Origin: an uncultured Clostridia bacterium
Lineage (GTDB): Bacteria; Bacillota; Clostridia; Christensenellales; UBA1242
Direction: 5' to 3'
DNA: 64,000 bases
Assembly: GCA_945919375.1 (NCBI GenBank)
Contig: CAMEJD010000005.1
Span: 19,304 to 83,303 of the forward strand
How positions within the stretch are numbered: the first letter of the stretch is position 1; the number at the start of each line of letters is the position of its first letter. A model generated the notes under the pieces. That model was not told where the DNA came from and made no database searches. It saw nothing but the letters and a program-made list of their open reading frames with translations. This document shows positions 1 through 10,900 of the stretch, in pieces. A program made the translations under genes and the position numbers.

Positions 1-3000
1 CTTTTGCTGAATAGATAAGTATTGGATTTGTTAAAGTACCTTCCGCATCACAACCATCAATGTTATATACATAATCAATTTCGCCTGTTTCTTCATTTAA
101 CTTGCTATCGTCTTCTGACAATTGATAATGTGAATAAGCTAATTCATTTGCCGAAACAAGTTGAGGTCTATATGAAACAAAGTTAATTGCGTTTTCGCTA
201 CCCTGTTTTTTAAACTCATCAACGGCAATATTTTCTATGGTATTTACTTTTCTTAACAAATAGTAATAATCACTAACACCAATTTTTTCCCCAATTTTAA
301 TGTATCTACCATTTTGAGTTTTTAGTAAATCTTTTGTTGTGTCATTATTTGCATAGAACCAAACGCCATGATTTACTTTGCTTGCACCATTAAATACAAA
401 TGTTGAGAACAATTCTTCGTTTGTAATTATTCTATTTTCAGCATCCACAATTTTATTTAAAGCAAACTCTAGTAATGATGTTTTTCTCAAAACATCGCCA
501 TCAAGCCCATCATTTGACTTATTTACATTAACATTAAAGTTATCATCATTCAAATAATAGCAATGTTTTATTTCTGCCAAGTTTGTTATAAAGAATGGAT
601 AGTTTTGTGTATCATTGTCGCCGAGTCTTGATGTTGTGTAAACATTTTCAATCAAACCTTCATTTATGCAAACAAAACCAGAGTTTTGAGATGAAGAAAT
701 AATTGGAATATTTGCATAACAATTATTTATTTCTCCTTTGTTATTATAAACAAAAGTAGATGCGATTGATGATGCTCTTACCAAATATTGAGAGTCATCA
801 CAATACATTTTCTTGTTCCCGCTTACATATTTTCCTTCAACATAACTGTTAATGATTTTTGAATTATTTGTTTTTACAAAACCTGCTGTTGAATTTTTTA
901 CATCTGGACTTGTGTTTCTTATGTAACTTTCTTTTACATAACAACTTGCAATATGTCCGTCATTATCTCCAACAAAACCAGAAAGGTTACCACCTTCACT
1001 TTCTATTCTTATTTGAACACGAGAATTTGTTATATAACCTTCATTTTTTGCGACAAATGCTGAAATATTTGAAGATGCTGTGATATCAACTGACGCATAG
1101 TTATTTACCCTTAACAAACTTGTTGAGTTCCCTGCAATTACTTCGCAGTTTGTGATGACACCTTTGTTTGAACTTGCAAAAAGTCCAAAATCAAAAGATT
1201 GAACATCAGCATTCTCAAAAGTAAAGTTAATTTCTTTGTATGAATCAATTTTTACTGTCAAATTCTTTATAATGGTATTTTCGCCAACTTCGCCAAACAC
1301 ACCAAAACTTTCAGCATTATTTATTATATAGTTGTATCTAAATATCAAACAATAACCATTTCCATCAAGTTCTCTAATATTTGTTGAGATTGGAGTGAAA
1401 TCTGTTTCAATTATTATGTCATTTAGCAATCTATATTTGCAATCTTCTTTCATATTAAGCAATTCATTATAGGTTTTTATTGGCAAATAGTTCTTTGATG
1501 AAATACTTTGATTTATGTTAACACCAACTTGTGTGTATGTCATTGATGAAACATCCTCTTCGTCAATAGTTACTTTTATATATCCGTTTCTGTATGTAAT
1601 TGTTTTTACAAGTATACGGAAACTGAATACATTTTCGCCAACGTGCTTTGGTGTTACTGAATAGCCATCAATACTCATATACTCATCGTTATAAGTTTTT
1701 GTATCTCCTGTATTGAATAGTCTTTTATATTCACCACCAATTCTATCTGCTTGATATTCAAAGTAGGCATTATTTACTATATCTTGCTTTAACTTTTTAA
1801 CTGCATTTGACGCGCTATTCGCATTTTCAAGTCTTATTTTGTCTGCAATTAAAACTCTTATATCTTTGATTGTGTTCTTAACATTAAGTTCAAGCGGGGA
1901 TGTGTCTATAAGATTTGAAATATCCAAATCGTTTCCGCTATTTATTATATCCAAAACATATTCAACAATCACAAAATCAATTGTGCCAAAAGAACTTTGT
2001 ACCCTTTGACCATTAACAATTCTTTCGCCATAATATGAAACACTTGCCTTTGCACCTTCGTCATTTTCGCCATTGCCATATGTTACAAACTCCGAAACTT
2101 TCATTTGATAACTGTCGCCATCTCTTATTATTGAAAGGTATGGAGAGTTTGAAACAATCTTAATTTCGTCAAAATTGTATCCAACTGATTTTACATCAAG
2201 TCCATATGTATAACCACGAGCAATGTATTTTACATTATTTCGAATCTCACTATCTCTGTCTTTTAATGTTACTGTTATTGATTTGTTAATATCTATAACA
2301 TAAGATTGATTATATGTTTCAAACACTTTTTCATCATTGCTGTTATAGAAGTTTATATCAATATCAACAACTTCACCTTCAATTACATTTGTGTACAATG
2401 TGTATAATAGAGTAATATCGCCATCTTTTAATGCATTTTTGTAAATTCTTATACCATTTGATGTGTAATAACTGTCTGTTGACACAACTTTTTGGTTTTC
2501 TTTTTCACTGTTTGTAAGCAAAGAGAACATAAGAATTTTTCCTGTTTGCATATTATTTGCAGAATTTGTTATTTCAACATAATCAAAATCTGCATAGAAA
2601 GGTGCAACATCAATACGAAGTATGTTTACACCACCTGCGGCAACACTATCAGATTCTTGCATTGCATAACTTGTGTTAAAGTATTCTTTTCCTGTTAGTT
2701 CATCAACTATTTTGATATTTTTGTTTGTAATATCGTTATAATTTTTTACAACAATATTATTGATTGGTTGAGAAATATATAAAACTTCAACATTTTTATA
2801 AAGACTATTTGTGCTATTTACAAATTTAAATCTATATTTCCCAATTTTTATATTTGATGTTTTCATCGAAACATTGTAAGTTTGTTTGTATAATTCATTT
2901 TCTTTTGTTTCGGTTATGGATATTTCAAAATATTCATCATTTTTGATTTTTTCCATAAATTCGCCATCAATGTAATAAATTTCCAAACTAATTTTATCAA

Positions 3001-6000
3001 GGTCTGATAATGATTTATATGTTAAGTTAATGTCAACATTGTCAATTGGAGCAAGCGTCATATTTGTTTTGTCCACACTTAAATCATAAATTCCCAAAGT
3101 AAAATTATATTTTGCTACAAATGAAGGTGTCAATTTTTGGTCAACTTCCATATTCCCGTAATTGAATAATGAAGTTATCTCATTATTTTCTTCTTTCACT
3201 GGAACAAATTGCCCAATTCTTGAATCAAAATATCTAAAATCGCCGTTCCCTAAATCATAATAAATATAGAAATAAAGTTTTTGTATGTCTACTGATTTTT
3301 CAGTACCTTTCCCTGTTAGGTAAATTACATTATTTTTTGTTTGAGAAATTGTTAAATAATCTTCACTATCTTGCAAAACTTTAATTTTTACATCAGTGTT
3401 TTCAACAAGTGTGAGCCCAATATTTCTTAACAAACTTGATGACTTTGGATATAGAGCAATAGTACTTCTGTTCAAAATTTGCAAATCCATATCTTTTGTA
3501 ATTAAGCCCTCAACTTTGTTTGAATTTGTGTATATATTGAGTGAAGTATCACTGCTAATGTAATTTGTGACAACAACTTTAAGTTCCATGTTATCTTTTA
3601 TATTTAACTTATTTTGAAGTGCCAATGTTACATTTCCAGTTTTGTGCAAAATCAATTTTCCAGTTGCTTCAACCGAAATTATTGAAGTATCCTTTGATTC
3701 AATTGTATATTCAAGAAGTGAATCATTAAACAAATCGTTTGGCAAATAGCATTCGTTCAATTGATTTATTATTTCGCTAATAACTTTGTTGCCTTGCCCG
3801 TCTTTTCCAAGGTCATAGTACATCAAAATTATTGTATTGTTTGGATAGTTGTTTGAATTATAAAAGTTTTTGAAAATTAACGATTTTTCACCTGCTTGTG
3901 CAAATGATTGGCCATTATATTGACTTCCGTCAAAACACAATATATCTCCATAATATTGAGTGAGTGATTCCGTTTTGGTTGAAACAAGAGTTCTATCAAT
4001 ATATGTTTTTGTTATTGTGCTTGTTGTTTTGTCTTTGATATTTATCATATCATCGCCATTGCAAATTGCATTATAATTTACACCGTTGTAACTTAATATC
4101 ATTGTTGCTTCCAAATCGGTTTTCATATTGTCTAATGCTTGAACTTTGCAATTTGTTATTTGGGTGTCTGTTGTGCATTCAAGATATCCAACAAGTCCAC
4201 CAATGTTTTCATAGCCGGCAACAAATAGTCTTGAAATACAATTTATATATTTGCCACCTTTTGCATAACCAACAAGTCCACCAACATTATTTGGCCTGTA
4301 TGTTTGTTGACCTGTTTGTCTATGAATATTTCCCCTAACTAAAACATTTTTAATTGTTCCGTTTTCATTATAACCGGCAATCCCACCAATACAAGATTTA
4401 CTTTCTTTGTTATTTTGTGTAAGTGGAACTACTACATTCATATTTATTGCAACTGTTGTGCCATAGTCGTTATATCTATAGATAATATCATCTTTTGTAT
4501 CAAACAAAATTGAATCTTTTTGGCCGTTGCCCTTGTTGTATCCAACTATGCCACCAAAATAGTACCTGCCTTGTATGTCTGATAATTCCAATTGATATGT
4601 GTAATCGTCTGGCATAGAAACAATCAATGTTGATTCGCATGGGAGCGAAATTTTTATTGTTCCTTCATTATATCCACAAAAACCACCAACAAAATTTTCA
4701 ACATTTCCATTTAATTTTACAAGTGACAATTTTGTTTTTTCATCACCTTGCAATATTGCATTAACATTTGTTATATTGTCTGATTTATTTAATCCGGCAA
4801 TAAGTCCAACATAACTTGATGTATTTGAATCCTCTTGGACATCAATTTTCCCACTTATAACAATGTTTTCCAAATAAGCACCGGCATTTATTATGCTAAA
4901 GAGCCCATAATATTTTGCATTGCCTTCGTTTTTTATATTACTTGGTTTTTTTACTACAAAATTTTGAATTCTTGCACCACTTTCTCCGGTAATACCACCA
5001 TTTAATACGCCAAGTGGTTCAATTTCTTCACCATTTGCATCAATTATCCCACTAACAATATAGTATTTTTCCAAATCTATATTCTTTAATTCTTGCCAAG
5101 TTGAAATATGTAATGGTGCATCTTTTGTTAAACCATTCCCAATAACGACTTCGATTTCCAAACTATATTCATATTCACTGTTAGAAAGGTAACTTGAATA
5201 AGGAACAATACAAATTTTTCCACTTCCACCCTTTCCACCAGAATATTTTAATGTAATTTTTTCTGAGTTATAAACAAAGGACAAACTTGATAAATCCGAA
5301 CCTTGGTTTGGAATTGCTTGAACAGTGTAATTTAAGTTTGTTGCATTTTCTGGCACAACATATGGATATATATCATATTCATTATTTGTTGCGTCAAGAT
5401 ATATCTTTTGAGTGTAGTTTTTAACCCAAATATCTGTAACTTTTACATATGTTTTTATGTTAATTTGAACACTTGACGACCAAACTTGTCCATATTTGTT
5501 TATTGATGCTGTAATCAAAAACTTTAAATTATCGCAGTCTTGACTATCTTCACAACTGAATTTTTGCGTTTGTGGATAGAATTTTCCAAACACAATACTT
5601 CCGCCAATTTCGGTTAATTCGTAATAGTAAATATTTGTTAAGTCTGTTGTTTTTTGCCCATCTTGTGTATAACCTTCACTCTCAACAGAAAAACTCCAAT
5701 TTATTTCTTTTATTATTTCTTCATCTTTTTTGCCACTTGATGTTATTGCATTTGCCTTAAAAGATGCATTTGCCATTAACTTGTCAATATATGGCGTGTC
5801 ATTGTAAATATCAACAATATTTTTATATTTATCGTCTTTTCTTCCGTCATTTTTGCCAAGCAAAGAGAATGAACTTAATGGTTCAAAGCATTTTATTGTA
5901 AAATCGTAAGTTTTTTCATCGTCCAACTTTTGTTCTACCAAACAAAAATCTTCAATGGTATGATAAGTCAAACTTACGGATATATTTACAAGTTTTGCAG

Positions 6001-7936
6001 AAGTGTCATTTGTTTTTACCGTTTTATTGTTAATTATCTCAACAATTGATGTATCATCACTTGTAAATTTAACACTGTACATATCGCTGTCAACACTACT
6101 TGGTTTTACCATATATGCAATATCAAACTTAACTCCGCTTCCTGCAACATCAATGTTTTTTATGGTGTCAACATTTGTTCCTTTAACTTTTTTGTATTCA
6201 ATCTCGGCAATTCTTTTGCTTGTGTTTGAAGAAACATAAACCATAAAATCGTTTATATTTAATTCTTCTTTGACAACAACAGTCAATCTTGTTTTTATTC
6301 CATTTGACAATGTGAGAGTGTACAATGTTTTTCCAACATTAACTGCTTCTATTTGAATTTGCTTATCATTTTCTTGAACTTGAGTCAATTTTGAATAACC
6401 TAAACTTTCGGCATCGCAACTAATCAATATGTTGCCAATATATGCATCAGGTTCTTCAACAATTAACCCATCAAAGAGTTGTGTTTCTCCCTTTTTGATG
6501 TAAATTGTGTCATTTTTGTATTTTTCATCAACTTTGAATGCTTTTGCTCCCTTTTGTATTGTTATTTCCATATAGTTTGAAACTATGTTTTTGGAAAGAG
6601 GCGATTCCACTTCAAATGTGATTTTTATACTTTTATATTTTTCATCTAACACTCTTACACCATTAATTGAGAGTGTCCCACTTGCGTCTGTTAGGGCATT
6701 GTTATCATCATTTAACTCATAATTGCCATATTTTACGCTGATATATGGCTTTAAAGCTTTATAAGTTGTAGGTGTTTCTTGTCCTAAATCATCAACAAGT
6801 GCAAATTTTACGCTGATTGGAGAAAACTCTGCATTTATGGGGTCCAAGGAAAAAAGAACTTCTTGTGTATTTTCACTTGGATTGTTATCGAACAAATTAA
6901 AACTGAGTTTTCCAGAATTTCCATTTAATTTAATATTTTTTGGAATTAACTTTATGTCAACTTTATAACATAAATCAACATAGTACTTTGAATAACCTTT
7001 GTGACTTATTCTCACAATCAATTCGTCATAACTTTCGGTTCTTCCGTCTTGATATTGCAAGTTTAAGTTTATTGAATTCTCCACATCCGAATTTATTTCT
7101 TTGTCTATAATCAAATTGCCATTTTTGCTTAAAAATTCATATTCGTAGCCATATTCAGGATTATAAACAAATTGCAATTTTTTGATATATTCATTTTCAT
7201 CATTCGGAATAAGTGTAATAACTCCCGGTATTTCGTCTATTGTAGAGTTCACATATTCATATTTTGCAAGTTCCCTATTATAGACCGACATTGTTGTATA
7301 TTCCAAACTATTTAAGTTTATTTCATCCAACACTATAACATCAAACTCAACACTTAAATTTTCGTTGTACACACTTTGTGCAACAACATTAAGTAGGTCT
7401 GGTGTGTTTTCGTCAGTTGGATATAGTCCATTTTCAACATTTTCACCATTTATCTTAAAGTTAAGTTTTGTTTGCAATGTTGAACTTGGTTCAAAGTTGA
7501 ACAAATCTTCACTTATTGAGAAATTTTGTCCCCTAAGCACATACATAAATGAATTATCTTTTAGTGCAAATGAACGAATATCTTCATATACTTTTACTGG
7601 TACCTGAATTTTTGAGTTATTTTCCAAAAGTGTGATAGTTAATGTTGTGTTTCCACTTGCCAATCCTATGACTTGGATTTTAAACACACCATCTTCTATC
7701 TCTTCTGTTTTTTCAACCCTTGCTATTTCACTATCAAAACTATAATCAAAGTGAATATTTGATTTAAAATAGTTTTCTATTTCAATTTGATAGTCTTTTG
7801 TTTCTCCCAAGCCAAGTTCAATACTTTGGCTGGAAAAATGGAGCAAAAACCTGTCAAAGTTTTCACCGCACCCATATAGCGTTATAACAAAAGCTAACGC
7901 AAAAATGATACTAAATAATTTTATAAATCTTTTCAT
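1..7936 (-). CDS. Giant surface lipoprotein with GLUG-type repeats. Only the 5' part is in the window (at least 2645 codons); the 3' end lies beyond the window start.
   Basis: Absent from the supplied ORF track because it has no stop inside the window. The reverse-strand ATG at 7936 (alternative in-frame ATG at 7948) is preceded by GGAG. N-terminus MKRFIKLFSIIFALAFVITLYGC has a signal peptide and a lipobox-like Cys. I hand-translated the same frame at 7936-7860, about 4290-4190 (..RPNNVGGLVGYAK.., ..ENIGGLVGY..), 2698-2681 (LTGKEY) and 58-2 (DGCDAEGTLTNPILIYSAK) and found no stops. The + strand here has only short L/F-rich ORFs. Confidence 0.8.
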   Translation of the reverse strand, partial: MKRFIKLFSIIFALAFVITLYGCGENFDRFLLHFSSQSIELGLGETKDYQIEIENYFKSNIHFDYSFDSEIARVEKTEEIEDGVFKIQVIGLASGNTTLTITLLENNSKIQVPVKVYEDIRSFALKDNSFMYVLRGQNFSISEDLFNFEPSSTLQTKLNFKINGENVENGLYPTDENTPDLLNVVAQSVYNENLSVEFDVIVLDEINLNSLEYTTMSVYNRELAKYEYVNSTIDEIPGVITLIPNDENEYIKKLQFVYNPEYGYEYEFLSKNGNLIIDKEINSDVENSINLNLQYQDGRTESYDELIVRISHKGYSKYYVDLCYKVDIKLIPKNIKLNGNSGKLSFNLFDNNPSENTQEVLFSLDPINAEFSPISVKFALVDDLGQETPTTYKALKPYISVKYGNYELNDDNNALTDASGTLSINGVRVLDEKYKSIKITFEVESPLSKNIVSNYMEITIQKGAKAFKVDEKYKNDTIYIKKGETQLFDGLIVEEPDAYIGNILISCDAESLGYSKLTQVQENDKQIQIEAVNVGKTLYTLTLSNGIKTRLTVVVKEELNINDFMVYVSSNTSKRIAEIEYKKVKGTNVDTIKNIDVAGSGVKFDIAYMVKPSSVDSDMYSVKFTSDDTSIVEIINNKTVKTNDTSAKLVNISVSLTYHTIEDFCLVEQKLDDEKTYDFTIKCFEPLSSFSLLGKNDGRKDDKYKNIVDIYNDTPYIDKLMANASFKANAITSSGKKDEEIIKEINWSFSVESEGYTQDGQKTTDLTNIYYYELTEIGGSIVFGKFYPQTQKFSCEDSQDCDNLKFLITASINKYGQVWSSSVQINIKTYVKVTDIWVKNYTQKIYLDATNNEYDIYPYVVPENATNLNYTVQAIPNQGSDLSSLSFVYNSEKITLKYSGGKGGSGKICIVPYSSYLSNSEYEYSLEIEVVIGNGLTKDAPLHISTWQELKNIDLEKYYIVSGIIDANGEEIEPLGVLNGGITGESGARIQNFVVKKPSNIKNEGNAKYYGLFSIINAGAYLENIVISGKIDVQEDSNTSSYVGLIAGLNKSDNITNVNAILQGDEKTKLSLVKLNGNVENFVGGFCGYNEGTIKISLPCESTLIVSMPDDYTYQLELSDIQGRYYFGGIVGYNKGNGQKDSILFDTKDDIIYRYNDYGTTVAINMNVVVPLTQNNKESKSCIGGIAGYNENGTIKNVLVRGNIHRQTGQQTYRPNNVGGLVGYAKGGKYINCISRLFVAGYENIGGLVGYLECTTDTQITNCKVQALDNMKTDLEATMILSYNGVNYNAICNGDDMINIKDKTTSTITKTYIDRTLVSTKTESLTQYYGDILCFDGSQYNGQSFAQAGEKSLIFKNFYNSNNYPNNTIILMYYDLGKDGQGNKVISEIINQLNECYLPNDLFNDSLLEYTIESKDTSIISVEATGKLILHKTGNVTLALQNKLNIKDNMELKVVVTNYISSDTSLNIYTNSNKVEGLITKDMDLQILNRSTIALYPKSSSLLRNIGLTLVENTDVKIKVLQDSEDYLTISQTKNNVIYLTGKGTEKSVDIQKLYFYIYYDLGNGDFRYFDSRIGQFVPVKEENNEITSLFNYGNMEVDQKLTPSFVAKYNFTLGIYDLSVDKTNMTLAPIDNVDINLTYKSLSDLDKISLEIYYIDGEFMEKIKNDEYFEISITETKENELYKQTYNVSMKTSNIKIGKYRFKFVNSTNSLYKNVEVLYISQPINNIVVKNYNDITNKNIKIVDELTGKEYFNTSYAMQESDSVAAGGVNILRIDVAPFYADFDYVEITNSANNMQTGKILMFSLLTNSEKENQKVVSTDSYYTSNGIRIYKNALKDGDITLLYTLYTNVIEGEVVDIDINFYNSNDEKVFETYNQSYVIDINKSITVTLKDRDSEIRNNVKYIARGYTYGLDVKSVGYNFDEIKIVSNSPYLSIIRDGDSYQMKVSEFVTYGNGENDEGAKASVSYYGERIVNGQRVQSSFGTIDFVIVEYVLDIINSGNDLDISNLIDTSPLELNVKNTIKDIRVLIADKIRLENANSASNAVKKLKQDIVNNAYFEYQADRIGGEYKRLFNTGDTKTYNDEYMSIDGYSVTPKHVGENVFSFRILVKTITYRNGYIKVTIDEEDVSSMTYTQVGVNINQSISSKNYLPIKTYNELLNMKEDCKYRLLNDIIIETDFTPISTNIRELDGNGYCLIFRYNYIINNAESFGVFGEVGENTIIKNLTVKIDSYKEINFTFENADVQSFDFGLFASSNKGVITNCEVIAGNSTSLLRVNNYASVDITASSNISAFVAKNEGYITNSRVQIRIESEGGNLSGFVGDNDGHIASCYVKESYIRNTSPDVKNSTAGFVKTNNSKIINSYVEGKYVSGNKKMYCDDSQYLVRASSIASTFVYNNKGEINNCYANIPIISSSQNSGFVCINEGLIENVYTTSRLGDNDTQNYPFFITNLAEIKHCYYLNDDNFNVNVNKSNDGLDGDVLRKTSLLEFALNKIVDAENRIITNEELFSTFVFNGASKVNHGVWFYANNDTTKDLLKTQNGRYIKIGEKIGVSDYYYLLRKVNTIENIAVDEFKKQGSENAINFVSYRPQLVSANELAYSHYQLSEDDSKLNEETGEIDYVYNIDGCDAEGTLTNPILIYSAK

Positions 7937-7969
7937 TTTTTTCTCCATTTTTCCATTCCGTTAAGTATT

Positions 7970-10900
7970 TTAAATTTCAGGTCTTGTGATGTCTATTCCA
8001 AATATATTTTCGCCACCAACTGTAATGTAGTATGCCCAAGACTCTGTTTGGTGCTTATCTTCAATAAAGTATTCTGATTGAAATATTGAAGTATCGGTTT
8101 CTACAACTGTTATTGCATCATAGATATTCTTTTGAGCAGTTTTAATTTTGTAGATATATTTTGGGTTCTTAATCTCTGGTTTTGAAGCATTATCGTTATA
8201 AACTTCCATTTTTAATATGTCAGTTATTGTTATATCGCTAGATGAACCTTGAACGCTTCTTACAATTTGTGTAATTTTTGTTGTTTGTTTAACTTGTTCA
8301 TAAAGGATATATACATCATTTTCCGAGTTACCCTTTCCTACTGCTCTGTTTGTTGCAACAATATCATCATTTTCGTCGGTTATGTTTTTGATGTAAATAT
8401 AATTACCATTGCTATCTACAACATCTTTTCCGTTTCCATCTTTAAGTTTTTCATAACCATCATCTGTAAGATTTTTAAGTGTGACATTTTTGCTCTTTTC
8501 AACATACTTGGAACCTTCAATGTTTAATCCCGGTTTTGTATCAAGTGAAGATTGTGAAAGGCTGCTTTTTATTTCGCCAACTTGAACCATCAAATTTTGC
8601 TTTATTGAATATTCGTGGTCGTTTGTTTTGTATGTTACATCAACTGAAATATAATCAAATGTTCCAGTAACCCCACCAAATATTTCATATGTTTTTTCTG
8701 TTATTGATATCCCACTATTTGACACCTTACTACTGAGTCTATATCCACCATTAAGCAAGTAGTATTCATTGGTGCTTGTTTTTATTGCATATCTAATGCC
8801 CGAGGATTTTTCAATTGGAATCAAAGTTTCCAATGTAACATCTTTACTTTCTATTTCAATCTTTTGATAATTTGTTATATCAAAAATTGTTGAATCTTGA
8901 TATTTGTATGTCTCATAGTTTACTTTGATTGAACTGTCGTATTTTGTTGTCAAAGACGATTCCTCATAACCAATAAATTCTTTTCCACTTTCAATATCAA
9001 TCTTGATTTTACTTGTTCCATAGTCTACTTCAACCCATTGAACATCACCAGATTTTGATTTTGTTACATTGTTTATAGCAAGTCCACTTGTAATATTATT
9101 TTTTTCGTATATTGGATTAGCGTTTTTGTATATTTTCAAGTTGTCGTTTATTGCATAAACATATATATTTTCAACAATAGTCAATTGGATCTTTTCCAAA
9201 TTTGATGAGAATTTTTGTATCTCGCTACTACTCAATGCATTATTCACATTTAATGAATAATATGGATTAGGAACATTATTGTTTTGGGTTATAAATGTAT
9301 TTGAACTAAATTCTTTTCCATCAAATTGAGTGATTAAAATTGCTTGCATATCTCTTGCAACTTGCAAAACATCTGTAAATAACGAATTTTTTGAAATGCT
9401 GATTATGTTTGATGTGTAGTCTTCTTTTACATAAAAATCAAATTGTTTGTAAACTACTGACACTAACTTTTTGTTTTCGTCAATAATAAAATTCTTTATC
9501 TTTGCATCACTATCTTTGTTTGTGAATGTATACAAATTGTTGTTGTAAGTTACATCATATTGTCCAAGCAATGTGTATTCTTGCTCATTGCCTTCAAATT
9601 TATAGAATATTGTGTTACCACTAACTCTATAAGACAATTTTCCAATTGTAGTATATGAACTCTTGTAAATTACTTCGTGTGAGCCATTTTCCACTTTTTC
9701 TATAAGGCTTATTTCATTATTGTCGTATTCATAAGTGAATGTAATTGTTGTTTTTACATTTGGATGAACAGTATTGTCTGTGTAAGAAACAACTATAACT
9801 TTTGAGTTGTCCTTTTCGGTTACACTGTAATCATTTATTGAATACTTGCCTGATTCACGACCATCTTCTCCTCTTTGATAGTAAATATCATAATTGTTGT
9901 AATTTGATATTGGGTTACTGTCTGTTTTCTCATCAGAGTTCAGTATATTTTTTGTTAATGTTAACTTTATACCAAATTGTCCAATTGTAAAAGTATAGAT
10001 TGCCGAGAATTCTTTTGTAACAACTTCTTTCATTATCTCATTCTTGACATTTACAAAATAGTAAATATCTTTTTGAACATATGAATTTACAATTTCACAA
10101 GTGTCTGCTTCTTTGCATTCATTTAGTGGAAGCAAGTTGTTTTCGCAGTTTGTAGCATTTACTGGAACAAACAATTCATTTCTTTCAAGACTATTGCGAG
10201 TTTCGTTATCGTTATCATCAAAAGCAAGGTTATAAGTTGTTGTTCCCATGTAATATGTTATTGAATCTTTTATCAAATAAACATAGTCAACAACTTTATA
10301 TCCGCTATTGCCATCGGAATCTCTCTTTCGTTGAGAAATAATTGCAATTCTTACACGACTTCCAGAATCCATATTGAATTCTTTGCTCATATATGTTTTG
10401 AAACTTGTTTCATTTTTAACTGTTTGTTCATGTTTTGGTAATATATTGTATGCCATGGTCTTGTTGCCTATATCATATCTCATGTCAAAATGTTCATATG
10501 TTACATCACCAAAGCAATCTTGCATTGTTTCTTGCAACTCATAAACAATCTTGTTTGAATCGTCAGTTGAATAAATGTATGGGATTTCTCTTATAATTGA
10601 TTCACTTGATATTGTAACATTTTCATCTTTTACCATGGTTTTGTCAAATGAGATTGTTGCTTTGAACCTATTATCTTCAACGGCAAATTCGATTGTCTTG
10701 TAAGTATATTGTGTTGATTCTTTCATCTCACTTGATACCATTGTTGAATCAGTTATTGAGAAACTACATTTTATTTGATTGTTTAATTCGTCAAGATATG
10801 CAAATTTGTTTTTAAAAGCTGTTGTTGTGTCAACACCTTCATATCCACAACTTACAAATGGGGTTTCATATTCATAATTGTCATCTTCGAATTTTGAATT

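Noticed and set aside
859-7607. Six + strand ORFs of 62-90 aa in the first 7.9 kb (859-1083, 2492-2698, 4066-4338, 5572-5760, 6003-6239, 7365-7607).
   Set aside because: All lie antisense inside the open-ended reverse-strand giant ORF. Their translations are L/F/C/H-rich and low in complexity, as expected for the complement of N/K/E/G-rich coding sequence. None has an RBS.
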